Both the position numbers and the translations under genes were made by a program. This document shows, piece after piece, positions 39,012-49,106 of a stretch of 64,000 bases of DNA. This stretch comes from Candidatus Latescibacterota bacterium (GTDB taxonomy: Bacteria; Latescibacterota; UBA2968; UBA8231). The stretch is taken from positions 608,001 to 672,000 of the forward strand of contig CBDCXV010000001.1 of NCBI GenBank assembly GCA_965223905.1, written 5' to 3'. How positions within the stretch are numbered: position 1 is the first letter of the stretch; the number at the start of each line of letters is the position of its first letter. A model generated the notes under the pieces. The model worked only from the letters and a program-made list of their open reading frames with translations. It made no database searches and was not told where the DNA came from.

Positions 39012-40991
39012 CTAGGCCAGCGACCTTCGCACCACATGCGCTCCTTCGTTGATGGCATCGAAGAAGTTGCGCACTTCCACACAGTCTCCCGCCATCAACA
39101 CCTCGCATCCCGGACCCGCCTTCTCGATGGCGCGCTTGAGTTCCTGGCGCGGCCGGTAGCCCCTGCTGACGATCAATTTGTCGACGGGGTGGCGCTGCTC
39201 GCGGCCATCGGCCTCTTTGAGGATTGCGGTGCCGTCTTCCACGGCCTCGAGCTCGCTGTCGGCCAGCACCCGGACCCCGGCCTCCCGGGTGCCCTTGATC
39301 AGCAGGGCGAGGTTGGTGCCGTGTTCCTCCAGATTGCCGACTTCGTTTTCGCTACGGCGGGAGACCATCGTGACCGCTCGGCCCTGGGCAGCGGCGTGCC
39401 AGGCCATTTCGTATCCGACCAGGCCGGCGCCGAGCACCATGACCCGCTCCCCGATGTCGAGCTCATCCCAGCGTACGAGGGCGTCGATCGCCGTAACCAC
39501 GCAATCATCGTCGATGCCGGGAACGTCTGGAACGATGGCCTCTCCCCCCGTCGCCAGGACCACGGCATCGGCGCCCTCTTCCTTCAGAGTATCGACAGTC
39601 ACCTCGGCCCCCAGCCGTACCTCCAGTCCCGTCCTTTCCACCTCGACTTCGTAATACTTCAGCAGACGCTTGATGTCCCACTTGAATTCCGGTATCGATG
39701 CGGAGATCATCTCGCCCCCGAGAGTGTCGCGTCTGTCGAAAACGACCGCGTCGTGACCCATCTCCCTGGCGCGCAGACCTGCCTCGAGGCCGGCGGGACC
39801 CGCTCCGACGACTACCACCCTCCTTGATCGAGCCGTCTTTTCGAAGGAGACGATGTTCTCGCGGCCGACCACGGGATTGGTAGTGCACTGGATTCCCCCG
39901 CGATCCATCACGACGAAGGTGTGGCAGAAGTTGCAGCGAATGCAGGGAGCGATGTTCTCGCCCAGCCGCGCCTTTCTCGCCCAGTGTCCGTCGGCTATGA
40001 GGGTGCGCCCCAGGGCGACCATGTCGGCATGGCCCTCGGCGATGATCTGCTCCGCGTCGACCGGATCGGTGATACCGCCCGTGGCGATCACCGGTACCCG
40101 GACACCGCTGTTCTTCACCTCGGCGGCGAGATCGACGAGTGTGTTCGGCTTTATGTAGAGCGGCGGGACCGAGGGGTGGGTGCACTCGACGAACCCCTTC
40201 ACCTTCATGATCGTCGACGACGTGGTGGCCACGTGCAGGTAGACGACCCCGATATCCTCCATGTATTTCGCTACCCGCAGGTGTTCCCCGTCGGTTTCGC
40301 CGACGTCGTACCGATGGTTGACCCCGCCGTGCAGATGTTCGTGAGCGCTGAACTTGAAGCCGATGGGAAAGCCGTCGCCGCAGGCCCGGCGGATTCCCGC
40401 GATGACGTCGGTGGAGAACTTCATCCGCCGCTGAAAGTCGCCGCCGTACTCGTCGTCGCGGCGGTTGGTGTGGGGTGAGATGAACTGACCGCCGAGGTAG
40501 GAGTGCGCGCAGTGGTACTCGACGCCGTCGAAACCGGCTTTTTGAGCCCGCTCGGCCCCGCGCACGAAGCACTCGACCATCTGTTCGATCTCGGGGACCG
40601 TCATCTCCCGGGGCACCTGCTCGTACAGCTCGCTCTCGACCGCCGACGGTGCGAACGGCTCCACGTACGATTTCCCGCCGAGGGCGGCTATCTGCATGAA
40701 GACCGGAGCCCCGGCTGCGTGCACGGCTTCGGAGATTCGGGAAAGCCCGGGTATGAACCTGTCGTCCCAGACAGAGGTGGTGATCACCCTCTTTTCCGGC
40801 CACACCGACGTGAACTCGGTGATCAGCAGCCCTGTCTCTCCCCGGGCTCGATCCACCAGGAAGTCGATGTAGCGATCGGTCACCTCGCCATTCGGGCCGT
40901 GCAGCCCGACATCGAGCGGGGCCAGAACCACGCGGTTCTTCACCTCCAGCGAGCCGACCCGGATGGGCGTGAACAGATGATGCAGAGCCAT
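39012..40991 (-). CDS. NADH:flavin oxidoreductase (old yellow enzyme + FeS + FAD/NAD domains; enoate/2,4-dienoyl-CoA reductase family)
   Basis: KNRVVLAP, AGFDGVEYHCAHSYL, NRRDDEYGG, CIRCNFC...CTTNP, VVGAGPAG. Confidence 0.92.
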   Translation of the reverse strand: MALHHLFTPIRVGSLEVKNRVVLAPLDVGLHGPNGEVTDRYIDFLVDRARGETGLLITEFTSVWPEKRVITTSVWDDRFIPGLSRISEAVHAAGAPVFMQIAALGGKSYVEPFAPSAVESELYEQVPREMTVPEIEQMVECFVRGAERAQKAGFDGVEYHCAHSYLGGQFISPHTNRRDDEYGGDFQRRMKFSTDVIAGIRRACGDGFPIGFKFSAHEHLHGGVNHRYDVGETDGEHLRVAKYMEDIGVVYLHVATTSSTIMKVKGFVECTHPSVPPLYIKPNTLVDLAAEVKNSGVRVPVIATGGITDPVDAEQIIAEGHADMVALGRTLIADGHWARKARLGENIAPCIRCNFCHTFVVMDRGGIQCTTNPVVGRENIVSFEKTARSRRVVVVGAGPAGLEAGLRAREMGHDAVVFDRRDTLGGEMISASIPEFKWDIKRLLKYYEVEVERTGLEVRLGAEVTVDTLKEEGADAVVLATGGEAIVPDVPGIDDDCVVTAIDALVRWDELDIGERVMVLGAGLVGYEMAWHAAAQGRAVTMVSRRSENEVGNLEEHGTNLALLIKGTREAGVRVLADSELEAVEDGTAILKEADGREQRHPVDKLIVSRGYRPRQELKRAIEKAGPGCEVLMAGDCVEVRNFFDAINEGAHVVRRSLA

Positions 40992-41018
40992 GCCTGATTC
41001 CCCTCGGGCGAACCCGTT

Positions 41019-41162
41019 TTAACCGACGAGTTCCACGTCGTCGTCCCCGGCAGGGACGATCTCTTCGGTCGGTCTGTCGGTTTCCGTGCGCCAGACGAGT
41101 CGGATCACCCAGATCGCCAGCAACACCTCGGCGAGAATGGTGAGCCATGCCAGTGCCGTCAT
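41019..41162 (-). CDS. 47-aa single-TM small protein
   Basis: MTALAWLTILAEVLLAIWVIRLVWRTETDRPTEEIVPAGDDDVELVG*; ATGA overlap with the permease stop and GGAGG RBS; below the ORF-track cutoff. Confidence 0.65.
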   Translation of the reverse strand: MTALAWLTILAEVLLAIWVIRLVWRTETDRPTEEIVPAGDDDVELVG

Positions 41163-42221
41163 GCCGCCTCCGTTGCGTTTTTCGCGCCAAACAGCTGCGC
41201 TTCAGGTGTGGTGCCTTTCGCGAGGGCCGTCTTCATCCACACGAAATAGATCAGACCGGCCGCGGACATCGAGCACAGCAGACCGCTGAAGATCTCGTTG
41301 CCGCCGACGTAGAACCCGGTGACGAAACCGGCGATCCAGGCGGCGAATGCGGCCGGGTTGAGGTTCATGTCGGCGCCATCGGCGCGCTCGTAGAGCAGCC
41401 GGCGAGCCGGAAAGGCCCAGTAGTCGAGGATGACGGTGATGGCGATCGGGCCGACGACCCAGGAGAGGAACTGCACCCACCAGAGCGCGATCTGGTCGAG
41501 CCCCAGGTAACTGCCGATAAAGCCGACGACCCCGACGCCGATCGTTGCCAGCCGCCGCATGAACTCCTGGCTTCGGACCATGGGAATCGGCGGCGCCGAA
41601 AACGCCAGCCCGGAGGCGTAGGTGCCTCCCTGGACCGTGGACTGGGCGCCGAACCAGAGTGCCAGCCAGGCGAGAATGCCCATTCCCAACGAGCTGGCGA
41701 TCAGGAACAGGTTCCATTCACCCGTATGCGCCGCCCCGACGGCGCCGCCCCAGTATTGAATCGTCACCAGGCCGACGTACGCCGTCACGATGCCGAAAAT
41801 GGCGTGCTTCGCGTTTTTCCAGAATCGTGCCAGGTCGGCGATGATGGTGACGCCGACGAGCCAGCCGCCCGCGGCCATGTCGAATCCGATGAATACCGGC
41901 TTGGCCGGGTCGAACCATCTTGCGGCCGAAGGTGTAGCGGTACAGAAGGGCGCTGGAATACCCCGTGCGCGCCGCCGCCGACCCGATCAGGACCCCGACG
42001 ATGGCATTGCACAGGGTGCCGAAGAAAATGATCGGCATCGCCATTTTCAGGGGGAACGTCTTGCCCACCATGCCCCCCACCAGGAAACTGGACAGCACCA
42101 GCACCCAGCCCCAGAGGACGAAGCAGTTGTTCCAGAAACCCAGGCGATGGGACAACGGCACTTTTGATCGGGCGGCGTCGCCCACCGCTGCGGCGCTCGA
42201 TCCGGTTTCGATTTCGGTCAC
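41159..42221 (-). pseudogene. NCS1/CodB cytosine-purine permease with internal deletion and frameshift
   Basis: N-part ends AARTGYSSALLYRYTFGRK and switches frame near 41915 into WFDPAKP...IIADLARF...ILDYW...NPAAFAAW; middle helices missing. Confidence 0.78.
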
Positions 42222-42467
42222 TTGGTTTTCGGATCCGGTTTGAGTGAGCCGGAAAGGTCGTCAGTTGTCGTAGTTGTGGCCTAGTTGGGTAGACCGTGGA
42301 GTCGTTCAACGCGTCCGCGTGCCAGGGCGTGGAGATCCTGCCGGCCTCCGCTCTGGCGGGAAAGGTCGGTGCAGGCTTGGACCGCGGCCCCTGGTCGGGC
42401 CGCCTTGTCTTATGAAAACAGGTGATCCTCAAAAGTCAGATTACCATGTCGGACCGATTGCATAAAA

Positions 42468-42659
42468 TTGCATGTCCTGCTCGAAAATCCCCTTGCCCTG
42501 AACCTGGCTGAGAGTGATGACATGATCCAGGCCGCCGACGAGGCGAAGCGTACACTCATGGTCGCGTATCCACACCGTTACCGCCAAAGCATGCGGGAAT
42601 TCAAGGAGGCGGTTGAAGGAAGGATGGGCGGTGATGGGCCGGCGACGAATTCGGGTTGA
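42468..42659 (+). pseudogene. Internal fragment of a Gfo/Idh/MocA oxidoreductase
   Basis: HVLLENPLALNLAESDDMI..A....LMVAYPHRY (EKP changed to ENP); no Rossmann start and no C-terminal domain. Confidence 0.7.
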
Positions 42660-42791
42660 TCTGACGCAGGGCCTCGCCCTGGTGGAGTCAGCAGCGCGCC
42701 CGCTTCGGCTGCGCCGCGTTCGGCGTCGAACGGCCCCCCAGGGCAGTGGCAGCAGCCGGTGATGAGAGTGCCGATCCCCCACATCTCGCCC

Positions 42792-43718
42792 CTATCGAGG
42801 CATCACCAGCTTGTCCACGTCGCGCACGCACCACTCGTAGCGAACCGACCGCCCGGCCCCGTCGACCATCTCCGGACTGAGGATCTTGGTGCCAAAGGTG
42901 AGAGCGGTCGTCCCCTCCTGCCCCTCCTCCGAGCGGAAGATGTTCTCGTCGACGGCCGCTTCGGCCTCGGCCAGACTGACCAGTTCCCGCATCGGAAAGC
43001 GGCGTACGGCCGAATTGCCGACAAACTCCCTGCCCACCACGCCCCGCTCCTCCAGCATCTGCCCGAGGCGAATGAAGTCCGGATGCCGTGAGCCGTAATA
43101 CGAACCGCCCTCGCTCTTCGGCTGGTAGTCGGTCATGGGCTGGTCGATGAGGCTGCCGTCGGCCCGTCGCACCTTCGCGGTCAGCGGGATCGTCTGCCGG
43201 TAAGACACCTCACAGACCATTTCCGCGAAGTGGTGGCTCGTGGAGCTTTGATACGTCATGCCGCAAAGCACGACCTGCGTGTCGAGGGCCAGCATCACAC
43301 CGAAACTTGAACGCAGGTCGAACGACGACAGGGCCGGATCCACTTCAGTGATCACCCGGGCGCGGCGCCCGATCACCGCGAAGCTGTGGCGAAAAGCAGT
43401 GCTGCGCAGCGCCCCGGGGTGCAGGCGCACGGCCTCGGTGATCGCCCCCATCTCCGACGGGTCATGACGGGGATCGATGATCGGGTCGTCCTCCGCCTCG
43501 TGGCAGAAGGTGAACGCCGGCGCCACCAAGGTGCCGCGGGGTCCCAGAACTTCGAGAAACGCGTCCATCACAGTGGCCGCGCCGCCCTCGATTCGGCCGA
43601 AGGTGCGCATGGCGGTGTGAATGAGCACGACATCGCCCTGTTTCAAGCCGATGGCGTGAAGACCGTCGATGATTTCCTGTTTCGTCAGCTCGGTGGCGGT
43701 ATCGCTCTGGTCTGTCAT
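42792..43718 (-). CDS. AAC(3)/YokD family N-acetyltransferase
   Basis: GLKQGDVVLIHTAM..FGRIEGG, GTLVAPAFT, MGAITE, STSHHFAE. Confidence 0.88.
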   Translation of the reverse strand: MTDQSDTATELTKQEIIDGLHAIGLKQGDVVLIHTAMRTFGRIEGGAATVMDAFLEVLGPRGTLVAPAFTFCHEAEDDPIIDPRHDPSEMGAITEAVRLHPGALRSTAFRHSFAVIGRRARVITEVDPALSSFDLRSSFGVMLALDTQVVLCGMTYQSSTSHHFAEMVCEVSYRQTIPLTAKVRRADGSLIDQPMTDYQPKSEGGSYYGSRHPDFIRLGQMLEERGVVGREFVGNSAVRRFPMRELVSLAEAEAAVDENIFRSEEGQEGTTALTFGTKILSPEMVDGAGRSVRYEWCVRDVDKLVMPR

Positions 43719-43743
43719 GAAAGATTCCTGGCCGTTGCGCTCT

Positions 43744-45249
43744 CTAATCCACGATTGTAATCGAATACAGGTCGGCGTTCTTCAGGCGGATTCGCAGCTG
43801 TACCGTCTGCCCGCGCAATCCGCTGACGTCCGGCTTGTTCCGCCACACCGCCGGCGCCCGCAGGTGGTCGCCGCGGATCGCCCGCGCCTCGTCCATACCA
43901 TACCCGGACACGGTCTTACCATTGGCATCCAAAAGGGCTATCCGCACTTCGCCGTCCTCTGCGTCGCCGTTCACCGTCAGTTTACTGCCGCGCAGTTCGA
44001 ACTGCCTGGTCAGCAGCTCCCCCGTGCCCTCCCCATGCAGCGACGCGAACCCGTCGAGCCGCAGTGTTGCCAGCCCGGTGTCGACACTCCAGTTCCCGAT
44101 CTGCTCGGGCTCCGTCGCACCGGGCGTCGGACTGGTCCGGCCGCAGCCGGTATAGTATATCCAGATCCTGTCGTCGTGCACGAACGGGCGCCCGGCAAGC
44201 GAGTGGCACTCATCCCACGTTCCCGCAGCGCCCGGGGGGATGAGCGGGGCGTCGCGGCTGACACGCTGCCAGCCCTGTCCGTCGTCGCTGACTACCAGCT
44301 CAGTGCGGATCGTGCGGCATACGGCCGCATTCATCTGAATCGGCGGTCCAAGGAACCCCTGCCGGATGTTGCGGTCGACGATCTCCTTCCATTCCGCGCG
44401 CGAAAAACCGGGGCGGTTCCTGATTACCCACAGCATGCCGATGTGCGTGCCCCAGTAGTCGATGCCGGCCAAGCCGCCGAATTCCGTCCCGGGCTCGTCT
44501 TCCTCGTCATGGCCGAATACGAGATCCGGGGGCAGATCCCAATTGACGAAGTCGTCGGACTCCGTGCGCCCCACTACACGTATGCCGTGGCCGTCGGCGC
44601 TGCTGTACATCACCAGCTTCCCGTCCCTGCGGGCGATTCCGAAGGGCGTCCCGACCTCGGCATCGCCCGGCCACACGGGGTTGTCCGGATGCTCCGTCCA
44701 CTGGACGCCATCCGGCGAAAAGCCGACGCAATGCCCCAGCAGCCAACCATCCGGCTGGCTCGGATCCCGGCGGCCACCCCACCAGACCGCCTTGTAGCGA
44801 CGCGCAGGGTCCGCCTCCTTGTGGTCGATGATGACCGCCGGATCGTGCATCATGCAATCCGCCAACAACGCGATGTTGTTGTCGCTGCTGCCCTCGAATT
44901 CGACCTGCCCCAGAATCGGTTTCTCCCAGCGCACGCCATCCTCGGACAGGGCGTAGCACATGCACGATCTGTCATCCGGTCCGTAACAGGCGCCGCCCTG
45001 GTACCACGCCCTGAACAGCCCCTCGCCTTCATCGAAAATCACGAGCCCGGTATCCACGAAGGCGGCGTCCCGTTCCCACGGACGATCGGCGCGGATCACC
45101 GGGTTGCCCGCGTGTGGCTCCGCCTGCTGAAACTGGCGGGTCAGCCCGTTCATTTCAGCGATGAAGCGATCGTCGATGAACAGCTCCTTGCGCAAGACCT
45201 TTCCTTCCACCGCATTGAATGGGGACCACTCAGGCCCCGAAGGACTCAC
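43744..45249 (-). CDS. Five-bladed beta-propeller glycoside hydrolase-like protein (GH32/GH43/GH130 clan); start may be TTG 45195
   Basis: LFIDD, NPVIRADRPWE, YALSEDGVRWEKP, SPDGVQW, ESDDFVNW, LATLRLDGFAS. Confidence 0.75.
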   Translation of the reverse strand: MSPSGPEWSPFNAVEGKVLRKELFIDDRFIAEMNGLTRQFQQAEPHAGNPVIRADRPWERDAAFVDTGLVIFDEGEGLFRAWYQGGACYGPDDRSCMCYALSEDGVRWEKPILGQVEFEGSSDNNIALLADCMMHDPAVIIDHKEADPARRYKAVWWGGRRDPSQPDGWLLGHCVGFSPDGVQWTEHPDNPVWPGDAEVGTPFGIARRDGKLVMYSSADGHGIRVVGRTESDDFVNWDLPPDLVFGHDEEDEPGTEFGGLAGIDYWGTHIGMLWVIRNRPGFSRAEWKEIVDRNIRQGFLGPPIQMNAAVCRTIRTELVVSDDGQGWQRVSRDAPLIPPGAAGTWDECHSLAGRPFVHDDRIWIYYTGCGRTSPTPGATEPEQIGNWSVDTGLATLRLDGFASLHGEGTGELLTRQFELRGSKLTVNGDAEDGEVRIALLDANGKTVSGYGMDEARAIRGDHLRAPAVWRNKPDVSGLRGQTVQLRIRLKNADLYSITIVD

Positions 45250-45303
45250 GCCTCCAAGGCGGTCGTCACTCAGTGTACTTCAATGTGAGCTGCCCGAGGT
45301 CGG

Positions 45304-46398
45304 TCAGGCCAGCCGCAGGCGCCAGTACCAGCCATCGACCTGGCAGAACAGGACCTTCGGCTCGACCTCGATGATCGTGGAGTAGCAGGAGCCCATCCCG
45401 GCGCCGATCTGCGCCACCCGCCAGGACTCGCCGGTTCCATCATCGTCGATCGCCAGGAGCATGAGGCCGTGTCCGGGGTATTTGAAGCGGTCGCCGTCGC
45501 CTCTCGCGTGCGACCAGCCCTCCGGGTACCGCCTTCCGTAGCTGACCGCCAGGCGGCCGTCGCGCAGCTTCAGAAGACAGGGATCGCAGCCGCGCTCGAG
45601 GCCCGTGTACAGCGGCACCGTCCAGCTCTCGCCGCCGTCCTCGCTCCAGCAGGCGTACATCGGCGTGTAGTGGCCTGACCGCATAAGGCAGAACAAGCGG
45701 CCATCATCCAGTTGTATCATGGTGGGCTCACCGAAGCCCTCGCCGATCGGATCGCCCTCCTCGGGTGCGGCTATGGTAGACTGATAGTCCCAGGTGCGCC
45801 CCTCGTCCACGGAGATGACGACGATAGATCGGCCCTGGTAGCGCGACTCGGTGCGGCTCCACTTGTCCGCTGGGGCCAACGTGTCTTCCGCCATGGTCCC
45901 CTCGACCGTGCACAGCAGGGCGCCGTCCTCTCTTCGCAGTATGGTCCGGTGGATGTAGAGGCCATACCACTCACCGGGAAAATCCTCTTTCGGGCGGGGA
46001 CCGTTCTCTATGTTGAAGGTGACCTCCTCCTCGTCACCTGCGCTGGCGGGGGTTGCGCCACGCCATGCCCGGACCCTGTAGCGCCCCGGTTCCTCGAAAG
46101 TCACGAAGGACTCGAGGCCCAGAAACAGCCCGGGCTCGCAGAAAACGGCCCCTTCCGGCACGGCGAGGACCTCATTGAAGATCCATCTGTTGCGCTTGAC
46201 GACGGTGCGGCCGCCGTCGGTCGAAACGGTCCCGTTGTGCAGGTAGATCGTCCCTTCCGTGTCTTCGAAGCAGGTCACCCAGCGATTGAGGCGCTGTCTG
46301 TCCTCCATCGATACGTGATCGTAGTGCAGTTCACCCTGGGGATCGTACTGACGGACTTCACCGATCCCGGCGACGATGGAGTTGTCTGTCTGGATCAT
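45304..46398 (-). CDS. Sialidase-like / BNR Asp-box protein
   Basis: SVDEGRTW and SEDGGESW Asp-boxes, GEPTMIQLDDGRL..MR. Confidence 0.78.
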   Translation of the reverse strand: MIQTDNSIVAGIGEVRQYDPQGELHYDHVSMEDRQRLNRWVTCFEDTEGTIYLHNGTVSTDGGRTVVKRNRWIFNEVLAVPEGAVFCEPGLFLGLESFVTFEEPGRYRVRAWRGATPASAGDEEEVTFNIENGPRPKEDFPGEWYGLYIHRTILRREDGALLCTVEGTMAEDTLAPADKWSRTESRYQGRSIVVISVDEGRTWDYQSTIAAPEEGDPIGEGFGEPTMIQLDDGRLFCLMRSGHYTPMYACWSEDGGESWTVPLYTGLERGCDPCLLKLRDGRLAVSYGRRYPEGWSHARGDGDRFKYPGHGLMLLAIDDDGTGESWRVAQIGAGMGSCYSTIIEVEPKVLFCQVDGWYWRLRLA

Positions 46399-46480
46399 CG
46401 ATTGCCTCTCCCGGTTGGGATCGAGCTGTGCGCGGAAATAGAGGTGTTCTCGCGGAACGGCGGTTGCCGTTCCCCCGCAT

Positions 46481-47740
46481 TCACGGGCGCGGCCGCCGCT
46501 GCCATTGCGGCCAACTCACCTTCCTGAGTTCGAAATCGTCCGGGGCGCTGAACGGCAAATCATACAGATGCACGGCGTACGGCGCGAAGGAGTCTTCGAT
46601 GACTCCGTCGGTGACTTCGACGAGCCGGTACTCGGAACGAACCGCTGCCCGCGGCGCGATGCCTTCCACCGGAACCCTGATGCGGGCTTTGACCGGCGAG
46701 TCGAACCCGTTGACGGCGATCAGCAGGTAACCGCGCTCCGCCTTGCGCAGCGACAGGTGCAGCGCCGTGTAGCCGAAGTGGGATGGGGCCGGGGACCCTT
46801 CGAATATCTCCGCCTCTACTGCTACGGGTTCTTCCCTGGCCACGAGATAGGGCGTCAGACCGCGCAGTTCCGCGGTCAGGTCCAGAAACTGCGCGTAGTA
46901 GGCCGGCTCCGACTCCCGCGGCCACCAATCGAGAGCGTGATAGGCGAAATGGATGACGCCGACGATGCCGTGCGCGATGGACAGGTAGGTCATGCAGCGG
47001 ACCTCTTCCATGTTCGGGGCGCGCTCCTGATCCGCGCTCTGCATCGACATCTGTATGTACATCCAGCCCGGCTTGCCCGCCGCGCCCTTGACGACCGCGT
47101 CGGAGTTCTGCGCGACGTGGGTCAGGGGATAGTCGGGAACGGGGTAGACGTCGTCGGAGTGGATGTCGGCCACATCCCGGTATTCCCGGTGGTCTTTTTC
47201 ATACCCGTAGGCAAGGTTGAGCCAGACCGGGTGCTCGGGATCGAGCCGTTTGATCAGATCGTACACTGGCTTGAAGTCTTCCGGGGGCATTTTGTAGGGG
47301 AGGTCGAGGTGAGGCGTTCCCTCCGGTCCGGCGGTGCGGATGTTGGGCTCGTCCTCCAACTCCCAGACCAGCAGACCGGGGGCGTCGCGACAGGCCAGGA
47401 CGATCTGCTCTGTCGTCTCGAGATCTTTCCAGATGCCGTTGCTGAGCGAAGCCAGCGAGTACAGCCCGTTTGCGTAGGCGTCGTCGATGTCCATGCGGAA
47501 CGACTGCGGGTTTTCCCGCAGCCCGTGGGTGACGACGGCGTTGAAGCCCATCTCCGCGGCTTCGGGCAGCGAATAGTGGTTGTGGGCGACATGGCTCGTG
47601 CCCACCAGGAAGAACGGCTCCCCGTTCACGTACACCTTTCCATCGCGGACCTCGACTCTTTCCACCGGCGGGGGTTGTTTGGCCCACGACGGCATGCCGC
47701 TAAGGCCCACGACGCAGAGGATGGTCAGCACTGGTCTCAT
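46481..47740 (-). CDS. Secreted glycoside hydrolase-like TIM-barrel protein (clan GH-A-like)
   Basis: Signal peptide MRPVLTILCVVGL...WA; VNGEPFF, MGFNAV, WELEDEP, IKRLDPEHPV, DVYPV. Confidence 0.7.
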   Translation of the reverse strand: MRPVLTILCVVGLSGMPSWAKQPPPVERVEVRDGKVYVNGEPFFLVGTSHVAHNHYSLPEAAEMGFNAVVTHGLRENPQSFRMDIDDAYANGLYSLASLSNGIWKDLETTEQIVLACRDAPGLLVWELEDEPNIRTAGPEGTPHLDLPYKMPPEDFKPVYDLIKRLDPEHPVWLNLAYGYEKDHREYRDVADIHSDDVYPVPDYPLTHVAQNSDAVVKGAAGKPGWMYIQMSMQSADQERAPNMEEVRCMTYLSIAHGIVGVIHFAYHALDWWPRESEPAYYAQFLDLTAELRGLTPYLVAREEPVAVEAEIFEGSPAPSHFGYTALHLSLRKAERGYLLIAVNGFDSPVKARIRVPVEGIAPRAAVRSEYRLVEVTDGVIEDSFAPYAVHLYDLPFSAPDDFELRKVSWPQWQRRPRP

Positions 47741-48183
47741 GGTGTTCCCTTCCCGGATTCCGAACGGCATGGAGCCTTTGGGCGAATCTGCGCGACTTCG
47801 CGAATTGGAGTGCGTTCATCAAGCGCTGAAAGGCCGCGCGCCATCCATGGGATATGTGCTCCGCCGCGGCCTGCGAGAGCGAGCGCGGACCTGCAGTGGG
47901 TGTCAGGTCCTTGATCGGGCCTTCGTTATCTCACAAAATCTCGACGCCCACAAACTACGCCAGGCGCGGTTGCATGGCACGTGAGGGAAAGGACGAGCTT
48001 TAAGCACGGCAGCCCGGCGGCAGAGGGACCGCCGGCGGTTCAACTTCACCAGCCATCTCGAACACGGAAGGCCCCTCGACAAAAGCGCGATGTATTCTTC
48101 GGGTACGAGGTGGGATAGCAGGTCGAGGCTGATTCCGCGGGCGGGACCCGTGAACCGGGGGAGCTCAACAGGAGGAGCATAAG

Positions 48184-49026
48184 ATGGACGCACGGAAGGT
48201 CACCATCCTGGACCTGCAGCAGATGAAGGTCGACGGCCGCAAGATCACGATGCTGAGCATCAACGACTACCCGATGGCGCTTCTGGGCGACAAGGCCGGC
48301 CTCGACACTATCCTGGTCGGGGACTCGCTGGCGATGACGGTCCTCGGGTACGAGACCACCGTCCCGGTCACGGTCGAGGAGATGCTGCACCACACAAAGG
48401 CCGTGACGCGGGCGGTGCGGCGCGCCTTCGTTGTGGGCGACATGCCCTTCATGTCCAATGCCCTCGAAGCCGACGCGGTGCTGAACGCCGGACGATTCAT
48501 GAAAGAAGGGGCTGTCGACGCGGTGAAGGTCGAGGGGGGACGGAGCGCCACACCGATTGTGGCTGCCATCCTCAGGGCCGGCATTCCGGTCATGGGCCAC
48601 ATCGGCCTGACGCCTCAGCACATATCCATGCTGGGCGGCTTCAAGGCCCAGGGCCGGGATGCAAGGCAGGCGCAGGAGTTGATCGACGACGCCGCGGCGC
48701 TCGAGGATACCGGGGTCTTCGCCGTTATTCTGGAGTGTGTTCCGGATGAAATTTCGCGGATCATAACGGAGCGGCTGGAGATTCCCACCATCAGCTACGG
48801 CGCCGGCGCCAGCTGCGACGGCCAGGGTCTGGTCGCGCACGATCTGCTGGGGATGTTCGAGCGCTTCACTCCGAAGTTCGTGAAGAAGTACGCCAGCCTG
48901 AACGATCACATCCTGCGCGCCTTCGAGGAGTACGTCGAGGAGGTGCGCGACACCCGCTTTCCCACCCACGAGCACGCCTTCCACATCAAACAGCGGGAGC
49001 TGAAAAAGCTGCTCGGGGAAGGCTAG
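48184..49026 (+). CDS. panB: 3-methyl-2-oxobutanoate hydroxymethyltransferase
   Basis: ILVGDSL, VGDMPF, VKVEGG, VMGHIGLTPQ, CDGQ; RBS AGGAGG. Confidence 0.93.
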   Translation: MDARKVTILDLQQMKVDGRKITMLSINDYPMALLGDKAGLDTILVGDSLAMTVLGYETTVPVTVEEMLHHTKAVTRAVRRAFVVGDMPFMSNALEADAVLNAGRFMKEGAVDAVKVEGGRSATPIVAAILRAGIPVMGHIGLTPQHISMLGGFKAQGRDARQAQELIDDAAALEDTGVFAVILECVPDEISRIITERLEIPTISYGAGASCDGQGLVAHDLLGMFERFTPKFVKKYASLNDHILRAFEEYVEEVRDTRFPTHEHAFHIKQRELKKLLGEG

Positions 49027-49106
49027 CCCGCGGCGCAGGACCAGCACGGAAGCTGCTGTTCCGCACTCTCCGCAACCGGCGAAAATCCGTCCAGGGAGTC
49101 CAGGCG

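Noticed and set aside
42222-42460. Purine/TPP riboswitch or sigma54 site upstream of the NCS1 permease
   Set aside because: TGGCAC has the wrong spacing to GC and aptamer signatures are absent; the three short CAACT repeats are too weak to call.
47940-48183. pan RNA motif upstream of panB
   Set aside because: GC-rich hairpins are present but could not be matched to the motif by eye.
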